IMG/VR virus record: IMGVR_UViG_3300037116_000299
Span: 62,001-126,000 of that record
Length of the DNA: 64,000 nt
Reading direction: 5' to 3' (one strand)
In this document: positions 10,182 to 19,615 of the stretch, piece after piece
Layout: every line of letters starts with the position of its first letter
Numbering within the stretch: position 1 is the first letter of the stretch
Notes under the pieces: generated by a model
What the model was told of the DNA's origin: nothing
Seen by the model: the letters and a program-made list of their open reading frames with translations, nothing else
The model's database searches: none
Made by a program: the position numbers and the translations under genes

Positions 10182-10589
10182 CTAATCCAACGTCACTTCA
10201 AAGGCCAGTAGCGGCACCTTGTCGTGGTGGCTCTGGAGCGTAAACTCCTGACAGCCCATCAGCTCGGCTTCCCGCCGGCTGGTTGCGTAGGGGAACACGT
10301 TCCTCCACGGCATCTTGAGCAACAGGTCGTTGATGCTGGATATCTCCCAGACCGACTTCACTGTGCCCCAACGGGACGGCCCGCTGTAGCCGCGGCGCAA
10401 CTCGACGCGGCGGCCAACCCGAACATGCTTGAACTGGAAAGAACCTAGGCGCCGGCGGACCTCGATGGTCTTGCCACAGCTGAACTGCTCAAAGCAGAAG
10501 GCGGCAAGCGGTACGAACACACGATCAAGGGGTGTCTTCAAGTTCGACCTCGATCCCGTCGAAGATCTCTCGCGCGTCTTCATACTCAC
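10182..10589 (-). CDS. ASCH/PUA-like domain protein (start uncertain, possibly GTG at 10520)
   Basis: GKTIEVRR motif followed by VRVGRRVEL. Confidence 0.55.
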   Translation of the reverse strand: MSMKTRERSSTGSRSNLKTPLDRVFVPLAAFCFEQFSCGKTIEVRRRLGSFQFKHVRVGRRVELRRGYSGPSRWGTVKSVWEISSINDLLLKMPWRNVFPYATSRREAELMGCQEFTLQSHHDKVPLLAFEVTLD

Positions 10590-10701
10590 CCTCGACGTGC
10601 GTCTTTGATGTAACGGTGTTCTGCTTCATTTTGAAGCCGCGACGTTCCAGTTCCTGCAGGACCAGGCGTTCTAACTCTTCCTTGGTGACAACGATCTTCA
10701 T
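10525..10701 (-). CDS. small hypothetical protein
   Basis: MKIVVTKEELERLV ORF with GAGGGAG SD. Confidence 0.55.
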   Translation of the reverse strand: MKIVVTKEELERLVLQELERRGFKMKQNTVTSKTHVEGEYEDAREIFDGIEVELEDTP

Positions 10702-11010
10702 GACTCCCTCGCGACAGGCCCGCGACCCACCTGCGCAACCTTGTTGCATGGAAAGCAGATGTAGAAGCTGGGATCCATAAATGGATCGTTCTTCTTGCAT
10801 AACAGCGTCACAGTTCCGCGGCAGTCAGGGCAGGAGGTACCTTGGGCAAGTTGCAGAATGAACTTCGATTTCGCCATCTAACGTCTCCTCAACTGATTCT
10901 TCTACCCGATCGCGAGTTCGCCTATAAGGCGAACACCGCAGATGGTTGATCACCGCGGCGGCAGCGGTTACCACGCCTGTTGCTACTTCGGCACAGATGA
11001 TGCACATGGT

Positions 11011-11379
11011 TTACTCCGGTTCCACTCGCACGCGGTCGAGCCCGCGCGAGATCATGCCCAGCGCACGCGCCGCGGCCGTCGACAGGTCGATGACTCGATC
11101 CCTCTTCACAGGTCCGCGATCGGTGATTTGAACTTCTACAGATTTCCCAGTCCGCAGGGATGTCACCCTGGCCCAGGAGCCGAGGCGCAATGTCCTCGAT
11201 GCAGCTGTCAGCTTGTTCTCGTCAAAGACCTGCCCGTTCGCCATGCGGCGCCCAGGCTTGTACTTGCCGTAGTAGGTGGCAATCCCGACCACGGAACGAG
11301 TCACTCTTTGAGCGGCTACCGTCGTGACCAGGGCAAGAACCAGGAGAAAGCTGCAGATCGTCTTGCGTACAGCGATCAT
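11011..11379 (-). CDS. rlpA: RlpA-like (DPBB) lytic transglycosylase with signal peptide
   Basis: GIATYY, MANGQVFD, LTAAS, ITDRGP, RVIDLSTAAA. Confidence 0.9.
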   Translation of the reverse strand: MIAVRKTICSFLLVLALVTTVAAQRVTRSVVGIATYYGKYKPGRRMANGQVFDENKLTAASRTLRLGSWARVTSLRTGKSVEVQITDRGPVKRDRVIDLSTAAARALGMISRGLDRVRVEPE

Positions 11380-11719
11380 GCAATTCTCCTTGTGAGTTAG
11401 TTCCTCTGCAGGATGACGCACTGCGGATGAGGTTTCAGCGTTTCCGGGATCGGGTCATTGACCGTCTTGTACCAGGCGCCGCGGCGGAGATCCACCATGG
11501 TTTGTTTCGACAACATTCCCATGATGTCCTCGATGGAATTGGTTCCGGGTACTCTCCCCCGGAGTCACACCACTTCAGGCTTGCGCCCGCCCAGGTGTCG
11601 GGTACATCATCCGCTACGCTTTATACCCTGTCTCTGCATGGGGACTGGCAAGCCAGCCGGTCGAACGAGGAGATGGATTTCTCCATGCGCGGTTCATCCC
11701 GTCCTGTTAGGCTTGATGT

Positions 11720-11793
11720 TGGTTGGGGAGCAGGGATTCGAACCCCGATCGAGCGCGTCAGAGGCGCTTGTCCTACCGTTGAACGACTCCCCA
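11720..11793 (-). tRNA. tRNA-Gln(CTG)
   Basis: Cloverleaf TGGGGAG/CTCCCCA, anticodon arm AGCGC-CTCTGAC-GCGCT, GTTCGAATC, encoded CCA. Confidence 0.92.
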
Positions 11794-11802
11794 ATGTGCT
11801 AC

Positions 11803-12264
11803 TTAGCGGATGATTCCGTACAGGTCGAGATGACCGATCGCAGGATCTACCTGCGCAAAGGTCGTCGGCACCGTGCAGATCGCTGTCATGACGCGGCCCT
11901 TCGTTCCATAGAACTCTGGGTTGACATCGGAGAAGGTGAAAACCGTAACCAATTCACCAAGCTCCTTGAGGACCTTGGCCAATTCCCGACTATTCCGAAC
12001 CGACAGGACGATGGTAGTCATCTCCCGATAGCCTTCATGCCAGTTCTCGTTGCGGAGGAGCAACCTGGGTTCAGCCGGAGTGCAGGAAAGATGCTCGTTC
12101 TCCATCTTGCGGGCGACATGCGCAACCTGAGCCATCAAACGGCCAGGTTCCATCGGGATACGGGTGGTGACGGTGGCCTTGCGTTCCTTGGTCGTAACGA
12201 GCACCGATTCAGGCACGATCACATAAATGCGCGGGGGCTCCGGCAGTAACTTCTTCTTCTTCAT
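11803..12264 (-). CDS. pth2: peptidyl-tRNA hydrolase, Pth2 family
   Basis: MEPGRLMAQVAH, TIVLSV, D...EF..T..TAIC pattern. Confidence 0.8.
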   Translation of the reverse strand: MKKKKLLPEPPRIYVIVPESVLVTTKERKATVTTRIPMEPGRLMAQVAHVARKMENEHLSCTPAEPRLLLRNENWHEGYREMTTIVLSVRNSRELAKVLKELGELVTVFTFSDVNPEFYGTKGRVMTAICTVPTTFAQVDPAIGHLDLYGIIR

Positions 12265-12282
12265 ATTGTCCTTTGTTGCCGC

Positions 12283-13011
12283 TTAGGATGCGCGGCCTTC
12301 ACAGGCTGGCTGGCCACAACAGCAGGTGGTCTCGCCACACGCTGTACGTCCCTTGCTCTGTACGGGCAGAATGGAGGATGCAAACACGACCCGACGTGCG
12401 ATCGCGTACATCACCAACTGCGCTTTGTTGTGGACGCCCAGTTTCTGGTACGTGTTGAACTTGTGAACTTCCACCGTCTTCACACTGATGCCCAGCATGA
12501 TGGCGATCTCCTTCACCGTGTTGCCTTCGGCCAGGAGCTTGAAGACCTCGCGCTCGCGCGGGGTCAGCTGATCGATCTTTGAGACCATAGCAGGGTTGCC
12601 GATGAACCGATCCGCCGCCGGCATGTACTTCGTCCCGCGGTGAACCCGTTCAATGGCAACCTGCAGCTCGGCGCAACTAGCTGTCAGCTCGACGACTCCG
12701 TCGGCGCCGGCCTTGACGGCCTCGATGACATGTTCTTCCTCGCCGTTCGCGGCCAGGAAGATCACCCGAAGCGTCCGATGTTGCTGGCGAGCCCACCGGG
12801 CTGCGTCATACGGATTTGGACCCGGGATCGTTGCGTCGAGAATCAGGATATCTACACCCAGGTTCACCGCCTCTTCGGCTGCCTCCCTGGCATCCCCGAA
12901 GTCGGCGAGGACGCGAATCGCGTCACTCTTGGTGAGGGTTTCCCGTACACACTCCCGCAGGAGGGTATGCTTATCGGCGATCACACAACGAATCACTAAA
13001 ACTCCAGACAA
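12283..13011 (-). CDS. NarL/LuxR-family response regulator (orphan)
   Basis: REC domain with ILILD; LTPREREVFKLLAEG...KEIA..LGISVKTVEVH. Confidence 0.9.
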   Translation of the reverse strand: MSGVLVIRCVIADKHTLLRECVRETLTKSDAIRVLADFGDAREAAEEAVNLGVDILILDATIPGPNPYDAARWARQQHRTLRVIFLAANGEEEHVIEAVKAGADGVVELTASCAELQVAIERVHRGTKYMPAADRFIGNPAMVSKIDQLTPREREVFKLLAEGNTVKEIAIMLGISVKTVEVHKFNTYQKLGVHNKAQLVMYAIARRVVFASSILPVQSKGRTACGETTCCCGQPACEGRAS

Positions 13012-13089
13012 CTCAACGTGAGCCGGGTATAGGTGTCAGCAACTCAAACAATCTAACCCGGTTGTCAAGAACAATCCAATCCCACTAAG

Positions 13090-13580
13090 GCGTGAGGTCG
13101 CTAATCGACCACCACGAGGGAGGAAGGCTCCCGGGCTTTCACCGGGATGCAGGCGACTGAGTATTCAAGTTCAACCCTTACTTGATGCCTTGTTAGGCAG
13201 CAGCGAGATACGCTGCCTCGAATGCCGCGGCCGGAGCCGGGAAAGCGAGGACTTCTGCGGTCTTGCTGGCGAGGTAACCCGTGGTGTTGGCAGTTATTCG
13301 TCGTGGTCTCCCATATCGCGGGCGGCCGACTCGGCGCGTCACCATCTTGTTCCGTATCCCGTCGAAGCCGTGACGGGCCCACCTCAAAGCTCTTGTCCTA
13401 TTGGGACAGTGGTTCAAAAGAGCGTCGAGGTGGACCCGGCGGGAGTCGAACCCGCGTCCGAAACGAAGAAGAAGATGTGTGTCTTTTCACGAGCGTTTTA
13501 GTCCATCCGTTTCCAGCGGACCAAACCCCATTGCTGGGGAAACTTGTTATGTCCACCTCCAGAGAATCGCATCGGGAAAG
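13090..13580 (-). ncRNA. ssrA: tmRNA, circularly permuted two-piece gene (acceptor piece ~13580-13431, spacer 13428-13381, coding piece 13380 to ~13090; outer ends approximate)
   Basis: 3' tmRNA end GGACGCGGGTTCGACTCCCGCCGGGTCCA lies upstream of the 5' end GGGCCCGTCACGGCTTCGACGGG; G3-U70 pair; ATAACT-GCC resume site; tag ends in YLAAA*. Confidence 0.9.
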
Positions 13581-13604
13581 ACATTGAGGTATAGGGCGAA
13601 CCCC

Positions 13605-13901
13605 TTAGACTTCGAGGTGCGTAAGCAGCTCAGTCCGTATCGTGCAACTGGCCGGCACGCCGTGACGGCCGCTGCCCCACTGCACTTGAACCTGGCCGTG
13701 AAACCCGCTCTGCCAGTTCGGACTGATCTTCAGGTCCACTGTGTGGCAACCCGCGTCCTTGCAGAGCTGCAGCACCTGGCGGCATAGCTCGGCGATGGTC
13801 GCAGGAAGCACGGGAGTCTGAAGCACCTGCAGATCGCAGGTAAGGCACTTCAGGGTGTCGCCCGCCGGGCGCGGATGTTGACAGATACAAAACTCGCTCA
13901 T
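13605..13901 (-). CDS. hypothetical protein (CxC...CxxC)
   Basis: ORF with GGAGG SD. Confidence 0.55.
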   Translation of the reverse strand: MSEFCICQHPRPAGDTLKCLTCDLQVLQTPVLPATIAELCRQVLQLCKDAGCHTVDLKISPNWQSGFHGQVQVQWGSGRHGVPASCTIRTELLTHLEV

Positions 13902-14050
13902 GATCCTCCTGCGGCTACTTCAGCTGTCACTTCCAACTGGCCTTCAAGGTCGGAGTCGCATTGACGTGCATCCTGTGCCCATTCCCAATAGCCAGCTCGA
14001 GTGTCGCCGTTGGCAACCTCATACTGCCAATCCTTGACTGGGTACAGAGA
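13898..14050 (-). pseudogene. phage protein, probably 5'-truncated at the island boundary
   Basis: Phage-like [22 protein letters not shown] segment; upstream sequence switches to island composition. Confidence 0.4.
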
Positions 14051-14113
14051 AATCTCGATCAGCGGGCCCGCGATGCCATCCTTAGCGCAGCTGCAACTAA
14101 CAGGAGCAAACCC

Positions 14114-14326
14114 CTGAATGCAGCGCAGATACAAAAGCGCTTTGGGGATAAAGTTCGCGCAGCCAGGCTTGAGAAGGGCATTTCACAAGAGTCTCTCGCG
14201 TTTGTGTCTGACCTGGACCGGGCTTATATCGGCGGAGTTGAAAGAGGCGAAAGAAACATTAGCCTGTTCAATATCTAAAAGATAGCTCGTAGCCTTAATG
14301 TTCCAGCGAAGGACCTGCTGTCTTAG
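14114..14326 (+). pseudogene. XRE/C-protein-like HTH regulator with in-frame TAA
   Basis: [20 protein letters not shown]...[27 protein letters not shown]; stop at 14276-14278. Confidence 0.75.
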
Positions 14327-14529
14327 TTGGCGCCGCGAGAACTGAACGGAAATGTGGTCATGTCCGCGGCATCTTCGTTGGGTTCAATTCCAGAATGATT
14401 TGACCGGATTCGAATCCCCGCAGCGCATCCTTTAGGCTGTTCTTTGACCCCTGACACCGGATTGGGGCGGCGAGCCCCTCCTGTACATTCGATTGCACTA
14501 TGAGCGATCTACATCCGATATTCCAGCAC

Positions 14530-15426
14530 CTATCGTAGAACCCACCATGGATTCTCCGTGATTCCGTCAGGAAGGTGCTTCAGGCTGTGGATGGCGATCC
14601 TGAAAAGGATATTGGAGACTGGGCCGCCTCCTAGGATTAACGTGCCCAGGAGAAAGGATCCCACTCTTTTTCCGGTGCTTATGCCCGCGCTTTGCGTAAG
14701 GGATACGTTCTTTAGGGACATCTCAACTCCATACATCAGGGCCGCTACTCCTCCAAAGCCAAAGCTTATAGTCCATCCCTCTGTCCACGCATCAGAAAAC
14801 CAGAGGCTTGGATGGATGAGCACATATCCTGTGCTTATCAACTCCAACCAAATGTAATAGACCCCTGTAGGCACAATCGAAATCCATGCGTACAGCGCCA
14901 GCCACAGCCACAACCAATGGCGATGACGGATTCCAGTGAGCACGTCCATAAACTCAGCGTCTGTTCGCGCGTTCTTTCCCAATGCAGTTCCAATAAGCCC
15001 AGACAGTAACGTCAACGCCGCCATTCCGAGAATGAACTGCCCCGTCGTTGGAACATAGCCGAATATTGAGACCGAAGAGGAGACATCACTCGGAACGAAG
15101 TGAAGTAGTGAGAGCATACCTCCCGAGAGGATTAGGGACGAGACAATGCCCACGACCCACGGGCCCCTTTTTACAAGAGTTACCGCAACAGCAACTCCGA
15201 TGCTTATTCCGACAGCCCACATCAGATTGGTCACGGCCTCATAGTCGTCTGGGCTACCTTCATGCAGAAACCTAAAGCCCATCGTCATTGCCCCAGCTGC
15301 CGCCATGCCGTACCAGATGGCAATCAGCAATGAGGCGATAGGATGTAAGCCTTCGGGCTCAGCGCGCGAGGGATCCTGAAAGATAGGAGCGGATTCGACT
15401 GCGGATGTATCGCCCGTTCTGTCCAT
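14530..15426 (-). CDS. multi-pass membrane protein
   Basis: About seven hydrophobic segments; start MDRTG with GGAG SD. Confidence 0.7.
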   Translation of the reverse strand: MDRTGDTSAVESAPIFQDPSRAEPEGLHPIASLLIAIWYGMAAAGAMTMGFRFLHEGSPDDYEAVTNLMWAVGISIGVAVAVTLVKRGPWVVGIVSSLILSGGMLSLLHFVPSDVSSSVSIFGYVPTTGQFILGMAALTLLSGLIGTALGKNARTDAEFMDVLTGIRHRHWLWLWLALYAWISIVPTGVYYIWLELISTGYVLIHPSLWFSDAWTEGWTISFGFGGVAALMYGVEMSLKNVSLTQSAGISTGKRVGSFLLGTLILGGGPVSNILFRIAIHSLKHLPDGITENPWWVLR

Positions 15427-15437
15427 TAAGGAATCTC

Positions 15438-15800
15438 CTATGACAAGTCCAGCTTCTTCGGCACTATTAAGCTGTATATGACCCAAACAACAAAGAAAGC
15501 CCCTGTCAATACATTGACAATCTCCCAATCCGATCTCGACATGCGGACTGGTAACAGAGGATTGAACAGAACGGCGATCGCACCAAATACCCAGACCCAA
15601 AGAAGGTTTCCTTCTGCGTGGCGCTTGGTTGCGGCGAATGCTGAGGCCATGCAGATTAGAAGCCTCAGAAGGACATAAAACGCGTAGGGCCACCGAGTAG
15701 CCGCCGCGGTGAACAGAACAAGGGCACAGATTCCCAGCAATGCGGTCTCGCCTTTGATGAGGCTATCCCCTGGCGCGCCTTGTTTATCCGATCCTGTCAT
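15438..15800 (-). CDS. DUF6804-like small membrane protein
   Basis: WPYAFYVLLR...LFNPLLPV...RSDW pattern. Confidence 0.65.
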   Translation of the reverse strand: MTGSDKQGAPGDSLIKGETALLGICALVLFTAAATRWPYAFYVLLRLLICMASAFAATKRHAEGNLLWVWVFGAIAVLFNPLLPVRMSRSDWEIVNVLTGAFFVVWVIYSLIVPKKLDLS

Positions 15801-15896
15801 CTTCAGGGCCTATCCTCTTCTACGAAGATTCGCACAGATTGTAGCGCGCTCCTCGATCTCGCGACATCTCGACCTGCTATTGTCCTGGTCGGCTGA

Positions 15897-16154
15897 TTAA
15901 TCGTCACTCGATGCTCGCGATCCGGCGCCCAATATCACGAGAATGCATACGACCAAGTGAACCCAGAACCACGCACTAAGACCCTGGTCGGAATAGATCA
16001 TCACCAGGATTATCAATCGGGGGAAGAACATCCAGCTAAGTGCTGCCCACGGCTGGCCGAATGGCATCGGCATATTCTGCCACCATTCAATGAAGAGGCT
16101 GATCCTTGGCAGAAAGAGGCTGACAATCAGGAACCAAATCGGCAGATCGTACAT
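15897..16154 (-). CDS. small membrane protein
   Basis: Three hydrophobic helices with LPRI/FPRL repeats. Confidence 0.65.
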   Translation of the reverse strand: MYDLPIWFLIVSLFLPRISLFIEWWQNMPMPFGQPWAALSWMFFPRLIILVMIYSDQGLSAWFWVHLVVCILVILGAGSRASSDD

Positions 16155-16417
16155 TGGTCGCTCACTATTCGACTATTCTGGTGCGCGGAGCCTAGCCGAG
16201 GGGTTCAAATCCCCAGCATTAGGCTGATTTTGAACTCTTTGCCTCTTAGAGAATTGATGATGTCGACAACCATTAGTTACTTCCTTCCTTGTGGGATGCC
16301 GAGATCAGGCCGTATTCCATCATCACGTTGCGACGAATGCGCGCGCAATCCCATCCGCTATTAGCGGATGGATGCCCTCATTGTGATCAACGTATATAGT
16401 GCTTACTGCGCTGGCAA

Positions 16418-18205
16418 TCAAGCTCGGGCCTCAAGTGACTTGGCTAGTATCTCTAACTGTCTGATGAAGACCCGCCGACCTTTCTTCTCTTGCAATCCTG
16501 CGCGTATTTCACGCTGAGTCGCAGCGTAGTCGCCTTGCTCGAAGTGGTATCGGGCCAATTCTAGATGCATTTTCTGCCTTACTTGTCGAGCTAGATCTCG
16601 TCTTGAAGTCTTGGCCGCCATATTCTCAGCACGTTTGTACAACCGGCGGCCTGCCTCATAATCTCCTTCCCTCAGGTGCAGAAGACCTATAGTCGCAATC
16701 AACTCAACATGGTCATCAACGTTCCTTGGCCTGGAGTCTAGAACATGTTTGGCCTGAGCAGTCTGACCTTCCATTAGCAAGAAATAGGATAAGTTGTTGA
16801 TGATGGAGAAAGACTTGGGATATTGAGCATATCCCTCCATCAACAGTTGGATCGCCTTCTCTCCAAAACCAGCTTCACCGTAATAGCTTCCGAGCGATGC
16901 ATAGTTGTCAGCAGAAAGCGGGCCGAACGTTCGTAGTGCTTCAATCTGCAAGATTGCTTCTGGGTAATTATCTTGTTCAGCATAAAAGATGCTTAAGAGT
17001 GAGCGCGTTTCTCGACTAGAAGGGAACAGTTCGACCGCGTGCTCCAATACCTTTATAGCGAGAGGCTTTCTGCTCGTTAGCCCATACACGCGAGCCAAAT
17101 TGTCATACGGGATATGAGAGTTTCTCGGCGCTTTCTCAATTGCAAGCTTCAGTTCGACAACGGCTCTATCAAAAGACTTCTCATGTACGAAAGTTACCGC
17201 GATGTTTGAATGGGCGCGCCCAACCTCATCGCTGGAAAGCGTATCCCCTCCCAACTCGAGAATTCTTACGATTTGCGATCTTGCCATCGAATGCCGCTTC
17301 GATTGCATGTAGGCAGCAGCCAACTGATCACGCGCTTGTATATCCGCTGGATGCCGTTCTACGAAATCTTGCAACATTTCAATCGCTTGATCAGATTTAT
17401 CAAACGTGAGCAAAGTTCCGGCGAGGCTGATCACGGTTGTCGCTGAGTCAGGCGCCAAAGCGAGGGCCGTCTTGAATGCCTTTTCAGCACGAGAATGATC
17501 ACCCTGAAGAGCGTACGCGACTCCCATTGAGTGGTAGAGCTGCGGGCTGCGAAAGTCCAAATGTGAGGCGGCACGAAACTCATTCAATGCACGGCGAAGG
17601 TCCGACCTCTGGAGACACATGATGCCTAAGAGGAAGCGCACATACGGATCGCGTGGACTAAGAGTTGCCGCCTTTGAGAGATGTGTGTTTGCATCTTCGA
17701 AGCGTCCTGCCTGAATTAGGACGTTTGATAATCCGACTTCGACAGCTGGGTTATCAGGGTAGGTAGCAAGCAATTTCTCATACCAGCGTTCCGCCTCAAC
17801 CGTACGTCCCGCTTCGAAATGTAACCGAGCGAGAGTTATGCTGGCCAGGTAGTTTCCTGGGTCAAGTTCCAAGGCGGTTTCTAATTCCTTCAAGGCCTCA
17901 TCGGGTTGACCCTGCTTCAAGAGAGCAATCCCAAGATTTGCATGTGCGCGACCACTACGTGGGAAGCGATCGCTGTGCCGACGCACCGATCGCTCAATAC
18001 CCGCGAGAATATTCTCTGCCGAAGGCGTAGTAGCGCCCACACCCTCTTTCGGCCAATCGATTTCGACAGACTGATCGCCTCTCCGGCTAACCGAGGCGGC
18101 TGTCCCGGGCAGCAACACATTTGTCGAAGGAGCGCTTAGGTCAAATCGCTCGGGGATCGTGCTCTTCTCAAATTCTCGAAGTTCGTCTTTGGAAGCTGTA
18201 TTCAT
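16418..18205 (-). CDS. tetratricopeptide-repeat protein
   Basis: Many TPR units (AHANLGIALLKQGQPDEA; YHSMGVAYALQGDHSRAEKAFKTALALAP); ATGA overlap with kinase. Confidence 0.9.
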   Translation of the reverse strand: MNTASKDELREFEKSTIPERFDLSAPSTNVLLPGTAASVSRRGDQSVEIDWPKEGVGATTPSAENILAGIERSVRRHSDRFPRSGRAHANLGIALLKQGQPDEALKELETALELDPGNYLASITLARLHFEAGRTVEAERWYEKLLATYPDNPAVEVGLSNVLIQAGRFEDANTHLSKAATLSPRDPYVRFLLGIMCLQRSDLRRALNEFRAASHLDFRSPQLYHSMGVAYALQGDHSRAEKAFKTALALAPDSATTVISLAGTLLTFDKSDQAIEMLQDFVERHPADIQARDQLAAAYMQSKRHSMARSQIVRILELGGDTLSSDEVGRAHSNIAVTFVHEKSFDRAVVELKLAIEKAPRNSHIPYDNLARVYGLTSRKPLAIKVLEHAVELFPSSRETRSLLSIFYAEQDNYPEAILQIEALRTFGPLSADNYASLGSYYGEAGFGEKAIQLLMEGYAQYPKSFSIINNLSYFLLMEGQTAQAKHVLDSRPRNVDDHVELIATIGLLHLREGDYEAGRRLYKRAENMAAKTSRRDLARQVRQKMHLELARYHFEQGDYAATQREIRAGLQEKKGRRVFIRQLEILAKSLEARA

Positions 18206-19332
18206 GAATTTGCTCCAGTCGTCAGAGTATTTTGCAGTCGCGACTGCTTCAACTCCGGAACTTTCCGATATGCTTTCTTGCGTTCGATCCAGCGAGCATA
18301 TGCGGCTTGATTCTTGAGGACCACCAGGCACTGATTAATCTGCAGGAACGTGGACGTGCAGTCTTTGGCACGTTGGCGGTAATCCAGTGCAGCAAGCGCC
18401 CTATACATACGATTAAGAATTGGAGCGATTGAGCGCGGCACAGCGGCACCGAAGTCCCGCACATCAGGGAGAGGAAATCGATTGGATATTGACCCAACCC
18501 CCTTATGGAATTCGTTCACTTTGTCGCCAGGAAGAATCGATCCTATAACCATATTGAGATCCATCAACATGTTTCTGCTAAACAGATGAAGGTTCAACGG
18601 AGTACCTGTGAACATCTCGAACAGTACAGCTCCCAAGGCGAACATGTCTCCGGCATATGCAATGTCTGGCAAAATGTCGTGGAGCGACGCCACCATCTCT
18701 AAGGGTGCGTACGTCCAGTCGCCTGGAGGTCCCGTGTACCGCTTTAATGGCCCCCTCGAGTCTGTCAATGAACGGGCTGTACCGAAGTCGGACAACCGTA
18801 GAGTGCCGTCCGTCATGACGAGAAAGTTTGACGGCTTAATGTCGCGATGGACGATTCCTTGCCGATGTATCCTCTGGACCGCTCTGCAAATCGTCCGAAA
18901 GTGAAGAAGTTTATCCGCAGGGTCAATGTCATATGTGTCTAAGACTGTTCCGAGATCGCAAGAAGCCAATTCCATTGCATAGAACCTGAGCGTAACCGGA
19001 AGAATCATCCCCAAAGGATGTTGGAATGGTTCAACTATCTGCTGCATATCCGAATATCGCCGTAAGATGTCTGGCTGATCTTCTAAACCACCCAAAACCT
19101 CGACTTCCCTCGTGAATGATTCGAGCCGATAGGGATCAATAACGGAAGGATCGAAGAACTTGAGCGCCACCTTCTGTCCAGTTACTTGGTCGTGTGCTTC
19201 GAAAAGCAAGGAAAAGGTACCGCCACCGCCGGTGACCCCCAACCGTTTCATGTTGGTGAATCGACCGCAGAGTTCGGTCTTGCTTTCGATCAAACTAAGA
19301 AACGGCTCAGGGTTTGAGCTCGGATTTGCCAT
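18202..19332 (-). CDS. Hanks-type Ser/Thr protein kinase
   Basis: GGGGTFS, VALK, HRDIKPSN, DFG, YAPLE, DMFALG. Confidence 0.93.
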   Translation of the reverse strand: MANPSSNPEPFLSLIESKTELCGRFTNMKRLGVTGGGGTFSLLFEAHDQVTGQKVALKFFDPSVIDPYRLESFTREVEVLGGLEDQPDILRRYSDMQQIVEPFQHPLGMILPVTLRFYAMELASCDLGTVLDTYDIDPADKLLHFRTICRAVQRIHRQGIVHRDIKPSNFLVMTDGTLRLSDFGTARSLTDSRGPLKRYTGPPGDWTYAPLEMVASLHDILPDIAYAGDMFALGAVLFEMFTGTPLNLHLFSRNMLMDLNMVIGSILPGDKVNEFHKGVGSISNRFPLPDVRDFGAAVPRSIAPILNRMYRALAALDYRQRAKDCTSTFLQINQCLVVLKNQAAYARWIERKKAYRKVPELKQSRLQNTLTTGANS

Positions 19333-19615
19333 CCGTCTCTCCAAATTGCCTTCTCAGAAATGCAACGGCATCGTCCGGATGATCTCGAAGAATTCGGAGT
19401 ATATCCTCCGGCACCTTTCCTGCCGATAACAGGAGTGCATCCCGGTCAAACCCAAAATACTCCGAAACTCGATCAACAAGATCCTCTGAGGGGCTGATAG
19501 TCTCGTTTTCCAATTTGCTCAGGTAGGTATAGTTCACCCTCAATTCTGGGGCCAGAGACTTAATGCCTAGCCCACTCTCCAACCGCAATTGGCGCAGAAT
19601 CTTCCCGAACTTCAT
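19307..19615 (-). CDS. XRE-family HTH regulator
   Basis: FGKILRQLR...LA....NYTYLSKLEN...PS...L...AGKVP. Confidence 0.85.
   Translation of the reverse strand: MKFGKILRQLRLESGLGIKSLAPELRVNYTYLSKLENETISPSEDLVDRVSEYFGFDRDALLLSAGKVPEDILRILRDHPDDAVAFLRRQFGETDGKSELKP

Noticed and set aside
13193-13417. 74-aa ORF ending YLAAA
   Set aside because: It is the tmRNA tag frame extended through the tRNA-like domain, not an independent gene
14276-14278. In-frame TAA as a sign of stop-codon reassignment
   Set aside because: It is a single case in a foreign island; other genes end normally at TAA, TAG or TGA and no suppressor tRNA was seen
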